The translations under genes and the position numbers were made by a program. From the IMG/VR virus record IMGVR_UViG_3300020478_001251, positions 19,278 through 83,277 of that record: a stretch of 64,000 nucleotides of DNA, one strand, 5' to 3'. Positions within the stretch are counted from its first letter, which is position 1; each line of letters starts with the position of its first letter. Positions 9,450-20,089 of this stretch are shown one piece after another. The DNA is from a virus. The notes below the pieces were generated by a model. The model was not told the DNA's origin. It searched no databases and saw only the letters and a program-made list of their open reading frames with translations.

Positions 9450-10485
9450 TTAAATCTAAAACAACTTCATTAACAAATTTTTTAGTTAATAAAGATGAAG
9501 TATGACCATACCAATTTTGTTCTAAATATCTCCTCTGTTGTGTTTCATCCATATCATTCAACTCTCTCCATAATACAACTGGTAAATCACTTTGTTGTGT
9601 TTCATCAAAGTTTCTAATACTCCATTCTATCATACCACCATATTGATGTATATCTTCTTCTTCAAAAAACCACCACTTATCAAAATCAATTCTATCAGCA
9701 TATGTTTTAACATATGGATTGTCATAAATAATTATATCATCGTTCCAAGTTTGTGCAACTCTTTTATCTTTAATTAATTGTTGATAAACATCTCCATCCC
9801 AAATGCCATCAGGTGGTGTTTTTCCTTGTAAAGCTGTTTTTGAAAAATTATTATTCATATTAAAACAATGAAATTTATCTATACCAATATTTTCTAACCA
9901 ACTTGTTAATCCAATATATGAATCAAACCATTCAATATATCGTTCTTCTTTAGTTAAAACATCTAAAAAATACTTTTCAGAATAATCATCAAGGTATTGT
10001 TCAGTTTTATTAAACCCACCAGTCATATAAAAATATCCATGTTCATAACAATGATGTTTATCACCAAATTTTAAATAATCTGTAGTGTGTGGTGGTGGTT
10101 GTTGATTTATCCCCTGTTGTTGTATATCTAATTTCTTAATTTCATTATATTTGTCTGGAGATACAAACCAAGAATTTCTTGTTAAGGTTGTCCATTGTGC
10201 AATAACAATAATATCTTTTGGATTAACTTTTTTATTAAAAATTAAATCACTTACTTTATAAAAAATACTACGACAAATGGTTTTATTATCATTTGTTATA
10301 GTTCCATAATTATAAAACTCATAATCATCTTCACCCAAAATATTCCATAACCAATGAAACCAAGTAAAATCTTTTATAGAATCATTTTTCCACCTATGTT
10401 CTCTTGAAGCCTTATCAACATTAACTTTATAATTATGTGTGAAAGAACATCCTGATGCAATTATATATTTTTTATTTTTCATCAA
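9433..10485 (-). CDS. SGNH-like protein, close paralog of 15472..16503
   Basis: ASGCSFT, TNDN, QWT...RNSW, C-terminal YGHTS. Confidence 0.6.
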   Translation of the reverse strand: MMKNKKYIIASGCSFTHNYKVNVDKASREHRWKNDSIKDFTWFHWLWNILGEDDYEFYNYGTITNDNKTICRSIFYKVSDLIFNKKVNPKDIIVIAQWTTLTRNSWFVSPDKYNEIKKLDIQQQGINQQPPPHTTDYLKFGDKHHCYEHGYFYMTGGFNKTEQYLDDYSEKYFLDVLTKEERYIEWFDSYIGLTSWLENIGIDKFHCFNMNNNFSKTALQGKTPPDGIWDGDVYQQLIKDKRVAQTWNDDIIIYDNPYVKTYADRIDFDKWWFFEEEDIHQYGGMIEWSIRNFDETQQSDLPVVLWRELNDMDETQQRRYLEQNWYGHTSSLLTKKFVNEVVLDLIGYEK

Positions 10486-11563
10486 ACAACTCCTCTATTG
10501 ATTTATATAATGTATTATCATCTATTTTTTTACATAACTCAAAATTGTGTTGTATCTCATCTTGTTTTGAATTAAAATAATTATCCCCCCAATCAGAATT
10601 TATTTTTTTTAAAATTTCTTTCCATTGTAAATAATATTCTTTATTAAGTTCCCAACTAACTTCAGGTTCTATTACATAACCACCTCTATTTTCATATAGT
10701 AAAGTTTTATCTACATCAAATCCATCGTAGATTTCATCAAAAGTATAAAACCCAAGTTGTTCTAAACATTTTCTATTTCTCATATCAGTAGCATATACTG
10801 GTATTCGTTTTGCAAGAAATGGTAAAATACTTTTTTCAGTTATAATTGGTCCAGAATCATAAGTTTCAAGTACTAAATTATATTTTGATTTAGTTTGTAA
10901 CTTTACAGCATCTGATAGTAATTTAGCATTATATTTATGATAATTATTTATTCGTTTTTTCCATGTTCCCATTTCTTGTTTCTCTGTAAAATATGGAAAC
11001 TCAATACCATTCCATTCATCAAAAAAACATTTTTCTACATTCTGCCATTTCCAATGATAATTCCAATAATTTATAAAAAAATTATTTTTATGTTCATAAG
11101 TTAATACAAAAAAATTCCACCTCTTTTCTGTTCCTCTTCTACCCAAGTAAGAACATTGATATTCTGGTTTAACATCAATATCATAAACTTCTGGATGTAG
11201 TATTGTAAGACTTTCAATATGACATTTTACTTGGAAATAAACATCCCAACGGCCATTAGAATAACCACAGGTTTGTCTATAAAATTTATCATTACCATAT
11301 ACAAATGGTGCTCTATCATCATTCCAAAATTCTGATGGAGCTAATCCAATAACTTTTTTATTTTCAAAAAGTTTTGAAACTTTGTTATCAATTTCTTCTA
11401 CTGGGTTTGCCCACTTATAATACTCTCTAATAATAGCATAATTATCATCTTCATACAAGAGAACATCTTCCCAAGTTAATGATACTCCATTTACATCATA
11501 CAAATCACGATAATATTTTTCATCTAATATCTGTAAATTATTCCAATCCATTAATAACCTCAA
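10472..11563 (-). CDS. putative glycosyltransferase (GT10-like family), paralog 2
   Basis: YNLVLET....ITEKSILPF...LEQLGFYTF...N. Confidence 0.45.
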   Translation of the reverse strand: MRLLMDWNNLQILDEKYYRDLYDVNGVSLTWEDVLLYEDDNYAIIREYYKWANPVEEIDNKVSKLFENKKVIGLAPSEFWNDDRAPFVYGNDKFYRQTCGYSNGRWDVYFQVKCHIESLTILHPEVYDIDVKPEYQCSYLGRRGTEKRWNFFVLTYEHKNNFFINYWNYHWKWQNVEKCFFDEWNGIEFPYFTEKQEMGTWKKRINNYHKYNAKLLSDAVKLQTKSKYNLVLETYDSGPIITEKSILPFLAKRIPVYATDMRNRKCLEQLGFYTFDEIYDGFDVDKTLLYENRGGYVIEPEVSWELNKEYYLQWKEILKKINSDWGDNYFNSKQDEIQHNFELCKKIDDNTLYKSIEELFDEK

Positions 11564-12392
11564 TCAAATGTTTACTCCACATTTCTGAACCTTCTTCGTT
11601 AGGATGTCCATCATTTCCTTTTGTATATTTATCACCAACACCACTTAATTGGTTATTGATTTTTCTATATAATACTTCATCATTATAATAATATTTGTGA
11701 TTTTTTAAATAATCAATTTCTGATTTTAAAATACCTGATGTTGAATCGTATTTTGAATAAAAATGTGTATCAGCTGCACCAGGTTCATTTTCATTTACCA
11801 TAACTTCAAATTTTTCATGATTTGGATTTGAACCCTCAAGATACCATTTACCATCTATTTTTATTGGAATATGTTGATTGATACCATCAAAAATTAAAAA
11901 CGGATAACCTTTACCTTCACAAAAATTTATAAAATTAATTATATGTTTGTGTGTATTATATAATCTTTCAGTAATATTAACAAATATTGGTGCTAAAGCA
12001 TATCGATTATCAAATACCCATTTATTGATTCTATCTTTCATATCCCAATTATCAAATTTTCTATCACCATAAACATCAAACATAAACTGATTTGGTGTAA
12101 AAACCATTGGAACACCTTTACTATCTAAATCTAAATCTAAAGATACATTATATCTTAAACATTCCGTTAATTGAATTACAAAAAAACTATTTTTTGCTAT
12201 TTCTGGATACTTCATTGCATACAAAATAGTATTTGGAATAATACTATCATTAGAACGACCACCTTTTCCTAAATTTATTAATTCTGATTTTAGTTTCTCA
12301 CTAAGTTTTGTTGCCCAACTTATAGGTTGAATTTTGTGTCCCTCAGTAAAAGAACAACCACTTGTAATTAAATAATCTTTATTTATTTTCAT
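11538..12392 (-). CDS. SGNH/GDSL-hydrolase-like protein
   Basis: TSGCSFTEG, NLGKGGRSN, DGHPNEEG. Confidence 0.7.
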   Translation of the reverse strand: MKINKDYLITSGCSFTEGHKIQPISWATKLSEKLKSELINLGKGGRSNDSIIPNTILYAMKYPEIAKNSFFVIQLTECLRYNVSLDLDLDSKGVPMVFTPNQFMFDVYGDRKFDNWDMKDRINKWVFDNRYALAPIFVNITERLYNTHKHIINFINFCEGKGYPFLIFDGINQHIPIKIDGKWYLEGSNPNHEKFEVMVNENEPGAADTHFYSKYDSTSGILKSEIDYLKNHKYYYNDEVLYRKINNQLSGVGDKYTKGNDGHPNEEGSEMWSKHLIEVINGLE

Positions 12393-13236
12393 TTTTAATC
12401 TTTAGTATTGAGTTATAAAGTGAGTTTGCAAAAAATTGATTACCTTCTATATTCATATGACCATCTTTTCTGTATTCTATAGGAAAAACTTCAGCAAATA
12501 CATCACTCCAACAATCTATTACTTTACCATCTGAAAATCGACCATTGTTTGGTAAGCGTGTATATATTGGTGGTGTTAATTTAGGACATTCTAATAAATT
12601 TTCCCAACCATTATGCCTATCTTTTAGAAGATAATAAATAGTTTCAGATTGCTCTATATTTTTTTTCTTTGATTCTTCTCTAAGATGGTTTTCATCTAAA
12701 CTATTTAAAACATCTTCAAGTAAATCTTTTGGTTCTAATAACCATTGATAAACTTCAGCACCAGTACTTTTTAGTAATTTATAAGCATGGGATTGTTTAA
12801 GATACCAATGTGCAAATAAAACTTGGTCACTTTTATAATTCATGTCAATCAAATCTTCTCGTTTATAATCCTTACCATAATTAGCTTTAAAGTGCTCCAT
12901 TATACTCGTATGCCAATTAACCCATCGTTTATCTTTAGTAGGTTTACTAACAAGTTCTGAAGATTGTATTCGTGTTGAATAAGAAGCATTAAAGATAACT
13001 ACATCATCAGGTTTAATTAAACCTAAATGAACCTTTGTCATAACATTTAAGAATATGATACCAATACCACAACCACCATCACCTTCAACTGGAACAGAAA
13101 AACCTCTATCAGCTACTCTAATTTGTTTTGGTAATCTTATACCCAATTTTTTTGCTAATATTGTAGCCCACCACTCATCATGTGAAACTCCACTTGGTGT
13201 AGTATGTGAACACCCAAATACCCATAGTTTACTCAT
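12379..13236 (-). CDS. SGNH/GDSL-hydrolase-like protein
   Basis: VFGCSHT, WATILAKKLG, DGHMNIEGN. Confidence 0.65.
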   Translation of the reverse strand: MSKLWVFGCSHTTPSGVSHDEWWATILAKKLGIRLPKQIRVADRGFSVPVEGDGGCGIGIIFLNVMTKVHLGLIKPDDVVIFNASYSTRIQSSELVSKPTKDKRWVNWHTSIMEHFKANYGKDYKREDLIDMNYKSDQVLFAHWYLKQSHAYKLLKSTGAEVYQWLLEPKDLLEDVLNSLDENHLREESKKKNIEQSETIYYLLKDRHNGWENLLECPKLTPPIYTRLPNNGRFSDGKVIDCWSDVFAEVFPIEYRKDGHMNIEGNQFFANSLYNSILKIKNENK

Positions 13237-14311
13237 TAATATACTCCACTATTCTTTTTAAAGAACCTTTCCAAAATTCATTTATCAATATATCCCTATT
13301 TTGTTTAGTTTGAAGTTTGTATTGATATGAAAACTCCTTTAAATCCTCTCTACTATAAGTAAGTATTTTTTTCAATTGTTTTTCAATAGAATTTAATCTT
13401 TCTTCTGAATTAGTTATATCATCATAATCATGTGTCCAAATATCATATGAAAAATTAAATCCAAAGTTATCTTCTAATTTTTTTATAGTTTGTGGATAAT
13501 TTAACATTATAAAAGGCATACCACACAATATAGGTTTAAGTGTTTTTTCTGAAACATGGTGTATAAAATTATCATCATAAAAACAAGTTTCTCCCACAAT
13601 ATCAAAACAACTATTTAAATAAAATCCCCAATTGATTGTTATACCAATTGATACTAAATGGTGATTAGAAGTTTCATATTTATAATCAAGTTTTTTTGGT
13701 AAAAGTTTTATTACATCAAACGATAAATATTCATCATCTCTATCCTGAACATCATGAACCCATGTGATTCCTTTTGGTAAATCATAATCAATCTTTGAAC
13801 TTGTCCAATATAAACTATCCAATAAATTATTTAAATGTAAAAAATTAAGAATTTTTAATTTATGAAATCTTGGATGTCCTGCAAAAAACATTCCCTTTTT
13901 CTGTGGCAATAAATAATTTCTATTAAAATCCTTTTGTAAATCATCATAAGAATCAAGTATATCAACAAAATCTTTCATTCTAAACATTTGTTGGTCATAA
14001 TATAAATAATTTAATTCTTTAAAATCAAGTGATTTAGATATAACTTTAAAATCACGCTTTAATTTTTTATTTAATGATTTATAAACAGCCTTACCAATAC
14101 CATCATTGGATGAAGTATCAATCAATAGTTTTTTACATTTTATTTTATTTAAAAAATCAAAGTCATTATCTGTTAAATTACCCAAAACATCATATATAAA
14201 AACACCCTCACCATCACATTGACCATCTTTAACATCAGATTCTTTAATTAAATTATGATATATCAAATCTGAAATAAGAATACTATTTGTATTATTAGTG
14301 CACAAATTCAT
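13229..14311 (-). CDS. putative glycosyltransferase (GT10-like family), paralog 3
   Basis: GHPRFHK...FDIVGET...SEKTLKPILCGMPFI...HDYD. Confidence 0.5.
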   Translation of the reverse strand: MNLCTNNTNSILISDLIYHNLIKESDVKDGQCDGEGVFIYDVLGNLTDNDFDFLNKIKCKKLLIDTSSNDGIGKAVYKSLNKKLKRDFKVISKSLDFKELNYLYYDQQMFRMKDFVDILDSYDDLQKDFNRNYLLPQKKGMFFAGHPRFHKLKILNFLHLNNLLDSLYWTSSKIDYDLPKGITWVHDVQDRDDEYLSFDVIKLLPKKLDYKYETSNHHLVSIGITINWGFYLNSCFDIVGETCFYDDNFIHHVSEKTLKPILCGMPFIMLNYPQTIKKLEDNFGFNFSYDIWTHDYDDITNSEERLNSIEKQLKKILTYSREDLKEFSYQYKLQTKQNRDILINEFWKGSLKRIVEYINE

Positions 14312-15497
14312 TTAACACCTCTAATACTTTGTTATCTCTATACCTTAATGTTAACCAATTTTTCCATAATTTAAAATTTTTATTTATCCTTGATTGTACA
14401 TCTTTTCTTTTATAAAACTTTTTAATTTGAATATAACTCCAAGAATTAATTTCATTAATAATTTCTAAAGTAGTATCTTGAGCAAATAAATCACTAAAAG
14501 TTTCTATACCAACTTCATTCAAATATTTATCAAAATCACTATGTGAGTTTGTAAAAATTACACATTTAGCTGCCAGTGGAATTATTGTTTTTTCTGTCAT
14601 ATGATATTGATTAAAATATTTTTTATCTTGGTTTTTACCTCTATGAAAATCTGGAAAACAAGTTTCATGTATAACTGCAAAATATGATTTTAAGTAATCT
14701 TCTACTAAAGGTTCATAATACATTTCTTCACGGTCTTGCATCAATTCATTTTCGAGATTTTCTGATGGTTCATTGTGTGGAAATAAATCATAGTAAGTTC
14801 GTTTACCAAATTTAGATGGTAAAGTACTATTGGCACAATAATCATAAAACCTAATTATATTATTATCATTAATTAAATCTGGATAATCTGTTAATAACTT
14901 TTCATAATAAGAACCTCTATAATGATTCCACTTACGAGCACTACTTATAATTTTTTTAGTTTTCTTTATGTTTATTCTATTTTCAAATATTGGTTTAGTT
15001 CCAAAATATCTTCCATCATCATCTGGATATAAATCATCTTGTAAAAAGTATTCTTTTTTACCAAAATAAACTTGTGGTATAAAATAATGTATTGGTGCGA
15101 GATAATTTGGTGCGTGTGTGAAATAAGAATATTCTACATCAGAATTTATATTTGGTGTAAATGCAATAATCTCTTTTTTTGTAAAAACATTATCTTCAAC
15201 TAATAACTTCATTACCTCATATAATTTATCATGTCCAATGTTTTGAACAATCTCATCTTTCCATACTAATAATATTTTTATATGTGGATATTCTAATTTT
15301 ACTTGTTTTACTTCTTGTGCAAAATCCTTTGGGTCTTCTGGATAATCACTTCTGTATGGAGCATTGAATGACATAAAATCTGCTTCACCAAAATCATTGG
15401 TTGTCATTCCTCTTCCTCTGGGTGTAGTTAATGTTTTACCAAATAAAAAATCTGGTGCATAAGAATATAAACTATCGTTCTTGTGATAAAATTTCAT
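14295..15497 (-). CDS. putative glycosyltransferase (GT10-like family), paralog 4
   Basis: YLKSYFAVIHET...MTEKTIIPL...VGIETF. Confidence 0.45.
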   Translation of the reverse strand: MKFYHKNDSLYSYAPDFLFGKTLTTPRGRGMTTNDFGEADFMSFNAPYRSDYPEDPKDFAQEVKQVKLEYPHIKILLVWKDEIVQNIGHDKLYEVMKLLVEDNVFTKKEIIAFTPNINSDVEYSYFTHAPNYLAPIHYFIPQVYFGKKEYFLQDDLYPDDDGRYFGTKPIFENRINIKKTKKIISSARKWNHYRGSYYEKLLTDYPDLINDNNIIRFYDYCANSTLPSKFGKRTYYDLFPHNEPSENLENELMQDREEMYYEPLVEDYLKSYFAVIHETCFPDFHRGKNQDKKYFNQYHMTEKTIIPLAAKCVIFTNSHSDFDKYLNEVGIETFSDLFAQDTTLEIINEINSWSYIQIKKFYKRKDVQSRINKNFKLWKNWLTLRYRDNKVLEVLNEFVH

Positions 15498-16503
15498 TTC
15501 CTAACAACTCCTCTTTTACAAATTTTTCATTCATCATTGCAGATAGATGCCCAAAACACCAATCATTTCTTTTTAATTTCTTTTTTAAATCATCTGGAGT
15601 TATACCAGCAAATTCATACCATAATCCATTTACATTTTTATCTGTTTCAATATCATAGTTTTTAACTGCCCACTCCATTAAACCACCATAAAGAGTATCT
15701 TCATTTTTTAAAAACCAAAATTTATCAAAATCAATCATATCAAATAAATGTTGTATATAAGGATTATCATAATTTAAATCTGTATCATCATCTATTGTTT
15801 TTGGTATAAACTTATCTATATAAATAGAATTATATGGTACTTCTTCATCATTTAATAATCCTGGAAATCCTTGTTTTACATAATAGTTAGAAAAATTATT
15901 TTGTAAATTAAAAGATAAATTTTTTATATCGTGAGATTTTAAATAACTTTGTAAAAATATAATATTTTCAAAAAATCTTATTTGAGATTCTTCTTCTGAA
16001 AAAAATTCATCTACATATGTATTAATTAATTTCTTTATTGGATAAGGAACATGGTCTATTGCAAAACCACCAGTTAACAGATAATAACCATATTGTCCAA
16101 TTTGACTTTTACCATTAATAAAATCGGATATATGTGAATATTCACCATGAACTCCCTTAAATTTATACAACAATGATTTACTTAATCGGGCACGGTCTCT
16201 TGATATATAAAATGAATTTCTTTGCCAACTACTCCATTGAACTAAAACAATAATATCTTTAGGTGATATTCCCTCTTTTAATAATTTATCAACTTTATAA
16301 ATAATAGATTTTCTAACTACTGAATTATCATTGGTTGGACTTCCTAAATTATAAATTTTACTATCATTTAAATTTTCTTTTAAAAAATGTGGCCATTTCC
16401 AAATCTTTTTATTATCTTTTAAATAATCTAAATCTGTACCATTGATATTATATCGATAATGGTCTCTTGTAAAAGAACACCCACAACAAACTATATGTTT
16501 CAT
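15472..16503 (-). CDS. SGNH-like protein, close paralog of 9433..10485
   Basis: CCGCSFT, NLGSPTNDN, QWS..RNSF, FGHLS. Confidence 0.6.
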   Translation of the reverse strand: MKHIVCCGCSFTRDHYRYNINGTDLDYLKDNKKIWKWPHFLKENLNDSKIYNLGSPTNDNSVVRKSIIYKVDKLLKEGISPKDIIVLVQWSSWQRNSFYISRDRARLSKSLLYKFKGVHGEYSHISDFINGKSQIGQYGYYLLTGGFAIDHVPYPIKKLINTYVDEFFSEEESQIRFFENIIFLQSYLKSHDIKNLSFNLQNNFSNYYVKQGFPGLLNDEEVPYNSIYIDKFIPKTIDDDTDLNYDNPYIQHLFDMIDFDKFWFLKNEDTLYGGLMEWAVKNYDIETDKNVNGLWYEFAGITPDDLKKKLKRNDWCFGHLSAMMNEKFVKEELLGNEILSQER

Positions 16504-17237
16504 GTGCCCAAATCCGTATTAACGGCTAAGAAATTACAATGTCCAGATAAATCCCAAACTTTATACAAGGTTCTATTATTAAAATTAAAATAAAAAACTA
16601 AATCTAATAAAGGATAATGTCCTTTTAACTCATCTTTATCATTTTTTGTTTTATCTATAAATTCTAAAAGTAAACCATCATCATATTCTACATTTTCTAT
16701 TAAACCACAATTGTATAAATTATAATCACCAAAGAAATAATGGTCATCTCCTACTTGTTTGAAATAATTACCACACCCAAAGTTATAAGGTGTTCCACTA
16801 AAGTCTTTTAGTTTTCCCTCATAAGTAGTTTCTCTTGTAATTAATTTTCCAACATCATCATAAACATGCATTGTAAATGCTTTATTTGCTTCAATATGTC
16901 TAATGATAACTAACCATTCTGTATCAAAAAGTGTTTTACCTTTAAATTCGTGATTTGTACATAATGTTGTCATACCAAATTCATCAGATTCACCATCTTG
17001 ATTATACCAAAATTCCCAATTTATCGAATCATGGTCTTGATTATAACATAAACCATAATGTAATCCTGGCCTCATCATTACAGAACAAGGAACTTTTGTT
17101 TTTATCTTTTTATTAACTTTAAATTTTGCCCAAAAAGTAAAATTACCTTGCATAGTTTGACTTGGTGGATGTGTTGTTAAATCATATCTTTGTGTTGGTA
17201 ACACATAATATAAATTATCTTTATTAATTTTAACCAT
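16500..17237 (-). CDS. stand-alone LamG/concanavalin-A-like beta-sandwich protein
   Basis: NFTFWAKFK, FNFGCGN...FFGD, LVFYFNF...VWDLSGHCN; resembles the LamG-like inserts of the neighbouring GT7 proteins. Confidence 0.5.
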   Translation of the reverse strand: MVKINKDNLYYVLPTQRYDLTTHPPSQTMQGNFTFWAKFKVNKKIKTKVPCSVMMRPGLHYGLCYNQDHDSINWEFWYNQDGESDEFGMTTLCTNHEFKGKTLFDTEWLVIIRHIEANKAFTMHVYDDVGKLITRETTYEGKLKDFSGTPYNFGCGNYFKQVGDDHYFFGDYNLYNCGLIENVEYDDGLLLEFIDKTKNDKDELKGHYPLLDLVFYFNFNNRTLYKVWDLSGHCNFLAVNTDLGT

Positions 17238-18664
17238 TATCTATAACTTCTTTCTACCATAACTCTACATCTATTATAAAAATGTTCAAGTTCAGGAAAA
17301 GTTTTACAAAAGTCTGTTCCTCTTCTTTTATCATGTTCACTAAAGAATTTATAAAAATCTTTTCTATTTTGAATTCGTTCTTTTTTATCTGCAACCAACA
17401 TCCAATCATAAATTCTTTTTATTTTTTGAACTTCAATATCTGAGTATCCTATCAACCTTGTTTCAAAATTAGGTGTTGCCATATATTCACTTAATTGTGT
17501 TTGTTTGTAAATATTTTGTGCAAAACTCTTTGGTAAAATTTGAACAGATTGATGTAGTGGATATCGTAAATAACTTGAATCTAAAAATACTGCTGAATTC
17601 CAATATCTATCATCAGAACCATACATTCTTTTCATATCGTAAATACCATATAACAACTTATCATAATTTGGAACTGATAATGCATTGTATGTTGACATGA
17701 TTGTAAAATTAACACGATTACATTTAGTTAAAATTTTATTACAATTATCCCAAAAACGATTAAACTCTAAACCATTTCTAATATACTCCGCTTGTTCTCC
17801 CCAAGATTCTACAGAAGTAAATATAATCATTTCTCTAACTCTGCCCTCATCTTCAATTCGTTGTACCTTTTCAATTAACTTATCAATCAAATTATCTGGA
17901 ACACCCAAATTACTATTAATCGCCAATTGTAAATTTTTATTTGGATTTGGTTGTTCTATAATATAATCTAATACTCCCCAAGTATCTTTTGATAACAATG
18001 GTTCTCCACCTGTGATTCTAAATGTATGTAAATCCCTATATAGTTCTGGCCACCATTTCCAAAATGCTTCTGTATATGGATTGTGTTCTCGTTGTGGGAT
18101 TGGAATTTTATCCTCTGCAATTAAACCTCTTGGGTCATTAAATCCTGTTGATGTTGGGTAACCACCATATTTATCTATTTCTTCCATCCAAGTGGTAGAA
18201 TATGCCGGTCCACAATAACTACATTTGAAATTACAAGCATTTGAGAAAGCAACCTCTACATATCTTGGATTATAATCTGCTCTCCAATCTAAATTGGCAA
18301 TTTCATCTGCATGTGGCCAAGACCAACTTTCAGCTGATTTAAAAACTCTATCACTAAATCTATCTGAATTATCCTCTACATTCCAACAATAATCACATTC
18401 TTTTGGTCTTTGACCAGTCAACATTTCTTTTCGTTTTTCTTTCTTAAATTGTGTATTATGTAGAGCAGATGGATTTCTTTTAATCTCTTGTAAATTAATT
18501 TTATGTGTTTTTGGATGGTGACAGGAATGATTATGTCCTGACTGTAATTGTAGTGTTACTTGTGTCCATTTTGCTAAACAAAATCCACAACCTGTTTTAT
18601 CCAACTTATTCTTTGTTTTTTGAAATATTGGATTTTCTGCTACTTGGTCTTTATACCCTGCCAT
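17237..18664 (-). CDS. radical SAM enzyme with N-terminal Twitch/SPASM-like Cys cluster
   Basis: CNFKCSYC (CxxxCxxC), TGGEP; N-terminal FC.AKW...SCHH...CDYCW. Confidence 0.85.
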   Translation of the reverse strand: MAGYKDQVAENPIFQKTKNKLDKTGCGFCLAKWTQVTLQLQSGHNHSCHHPKTHKINLQEIKRNPSALHNTQFKKEKRKEMLTGQRPKECDYCWNVEDNSDRFSDRVFKSAESWSWPHADEIANLDWRADYNPRYVEVAFSNACNFKCSYCGPAYSTTWMEEIDKYGGYPTSTGFNDPRGLIAEDKIPIPQREHNPYTEAFWKWWPELYRDLHTFRITGGEPLLSKDTWGVLDYIIEQPNPNKNLQLAINSNLGVPDNLIDKLIEKVQRIEDEGRVREMIIFTSVESWGEQAEYIRNGLEFNRFWDNCNKILTKCNRVNFTIMSTYNALSVPNYDKLLYGIYDMKRMYGSDDRYWNSAVFLDSSYLRYPLHQSVQILPKSFAQNIYKQTQLSEYMATPNFETRLIGYSDIEVQKIKRIYDWMLVADKKERIQNRKDFYKFFSEHDKRRGTDFCKTFPELEHFYNRCRVMVERSYR

Positions 18665-20089
18665 TTAAAACCTCACATTAATAATTTGATGTCTATTATA
18701 AATATCATCTTTACTATCTATTTCATATTTCATTTCTTTTAAACCATATTCATCGTTATCAATATCTATTTTACCTTTTTGCATATGTTTTCTATATATC
18801 AATTCATTTCTTGCTGTTGCTTTTATATCCCCTTGAAACTTTTCATCAACAATACCCTCATCTTCATGTGGCATACATTCCATAGTTCCGTATCTTCTAT
18901 CTGGTTCTAATGTATTTACCAAATCACCTATATGTTCTCTTGTAACTTTACCCTCATAAAGAAATAATTTACCATGATTATCACATCCACTTAAATCTAT
19001 AACTTTAGCTCCTTTATATGATTTATCAAAATCATAATGTAAGATTAATTTATTTTGATGATTCCATATTTTTATATAAGCTAAATCACCCTTGAAAAAA
19101 TTTCTAATATTTCCCCAAGAGTTTGGTGCATTCCTACCAATATAAAATGGTTTTGGTGGATATTTTTTTAATCTATCATCAAGTTTTAATTTAGATTTTT
19201 GTATTCCAAACCGAGAACCATACTCAACATCATTAATTGTTAATTTTCTAAACCTATTTCTAACATCAACTTCTAAATTAACTTTAGTCCACAAATTAGA
19301 GTATCGTTTTACCCAACTATACATATGTCTATTTTTCCAAGTCCATAATGATGTTGACCAAGCTCTTGCATTATTGTATGAAATATCAAAATCCCATCCT
19401 TGTTTACATAATAAAGGATATTTTATATATCTTGAATTATCGTTACCAATTAAATACTCTTCTTCATCACTTTTTACAACACCTCTTGTTAATGCCTCTA
19501 CTTTAAAAGATTTTTGTGGAACTTCATTTAAAGTATAACTTGGTGGTACTTCAATATATGTAGTAAATCCATCAAATTTCAAAATTCTTTTATTACCAGG
19601 TCCTGGAATTGTATCTGGTTTATAATAACCTTTTTGATAACATCTCCAAAACAAATCATCATCTTCCATACCCCAACCCCAATAGTTAGTGTGATAACCA
19701 TTTACATTTTCAAATTGTTCTATAGTGAACAACACCACTCCACCAAAGTATTCTACATCTCGTAGTGTGTAATCCCATTGTGATAGATATGTAGCAATCT
19801 GTTTTGGTGTTTCACCTGGATACGAATAATCAACATCCTCTGTTGGTAACATATCTACATCATGAAATGCTACATAATCACAACCATCTTCTTTTGCTGC
19901 AAGAAATGCTACATTCTTTGTTCCACTTCTGTTAAATTGTTTATCATCTACTTGATGTCCAATGTAAATTCTAAAATCAATATCTCGTTCACTAAAAAAT
20001 TTTTCTAAATGTGGAACTAATGAATCTAAATGTCCTTTCCTTACTCCATCACCCGTATCTCTGTATGGAATACAAATTCCTAATTTCAT
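18665..20089 (-). CDS. GT7 (beta-1,4-galactosyltransferase-like) with inserted LamG-like domain
   Basis: PYRD, FNR...N, FHDVD, YFGGV, NGYHTNYWGWGMEDDD, followed by LKFDG..YIEV...FYIG...FKGD...DLSG. Confidence 0.85.
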   Translation of the reverse strand: MKLGICIPYRDTGDGVRKGHLDSLVPHLEKFFSERDIDFRIYIGHQVDDKQFNRSGTKNVAFLAAKEDGCDYVAFHDVDMLPTEDVDYSYPGETPKQIATYLSQWDYTLRDVEYFGGVVLFTIEQFENVNGYHTNYWGWGMEDDDLFWRCYQKGYYKPDTIPGPGNKRILKFDGFTTYIEVPPSYTLNEVPQKSFKVEALTRGVVKSDEEEYLIGNDNSRYIKYPLLCKQGWDFDISYNNARAWSTSLWTWKNRHMYSWVKRYSNLWTKVNLEVDVRNRFRKLTINDVEYGSRFGIQKSKLKLDDRLKKYPPKPFYIGRNAPNSWGNIRNFFKGDLAYIKIWNHQNKLILHYDFDKSYKGAKVIDLSGCDNHGKLFLYEGKVTREHIGDLVNTLEPDRRYGTMECMPHEDEGIVDEKFQGDIKATARNELIYRKHMQKGKIDIDNDEYGLKEMKYEIDSKDDIYNRHQIINVRF

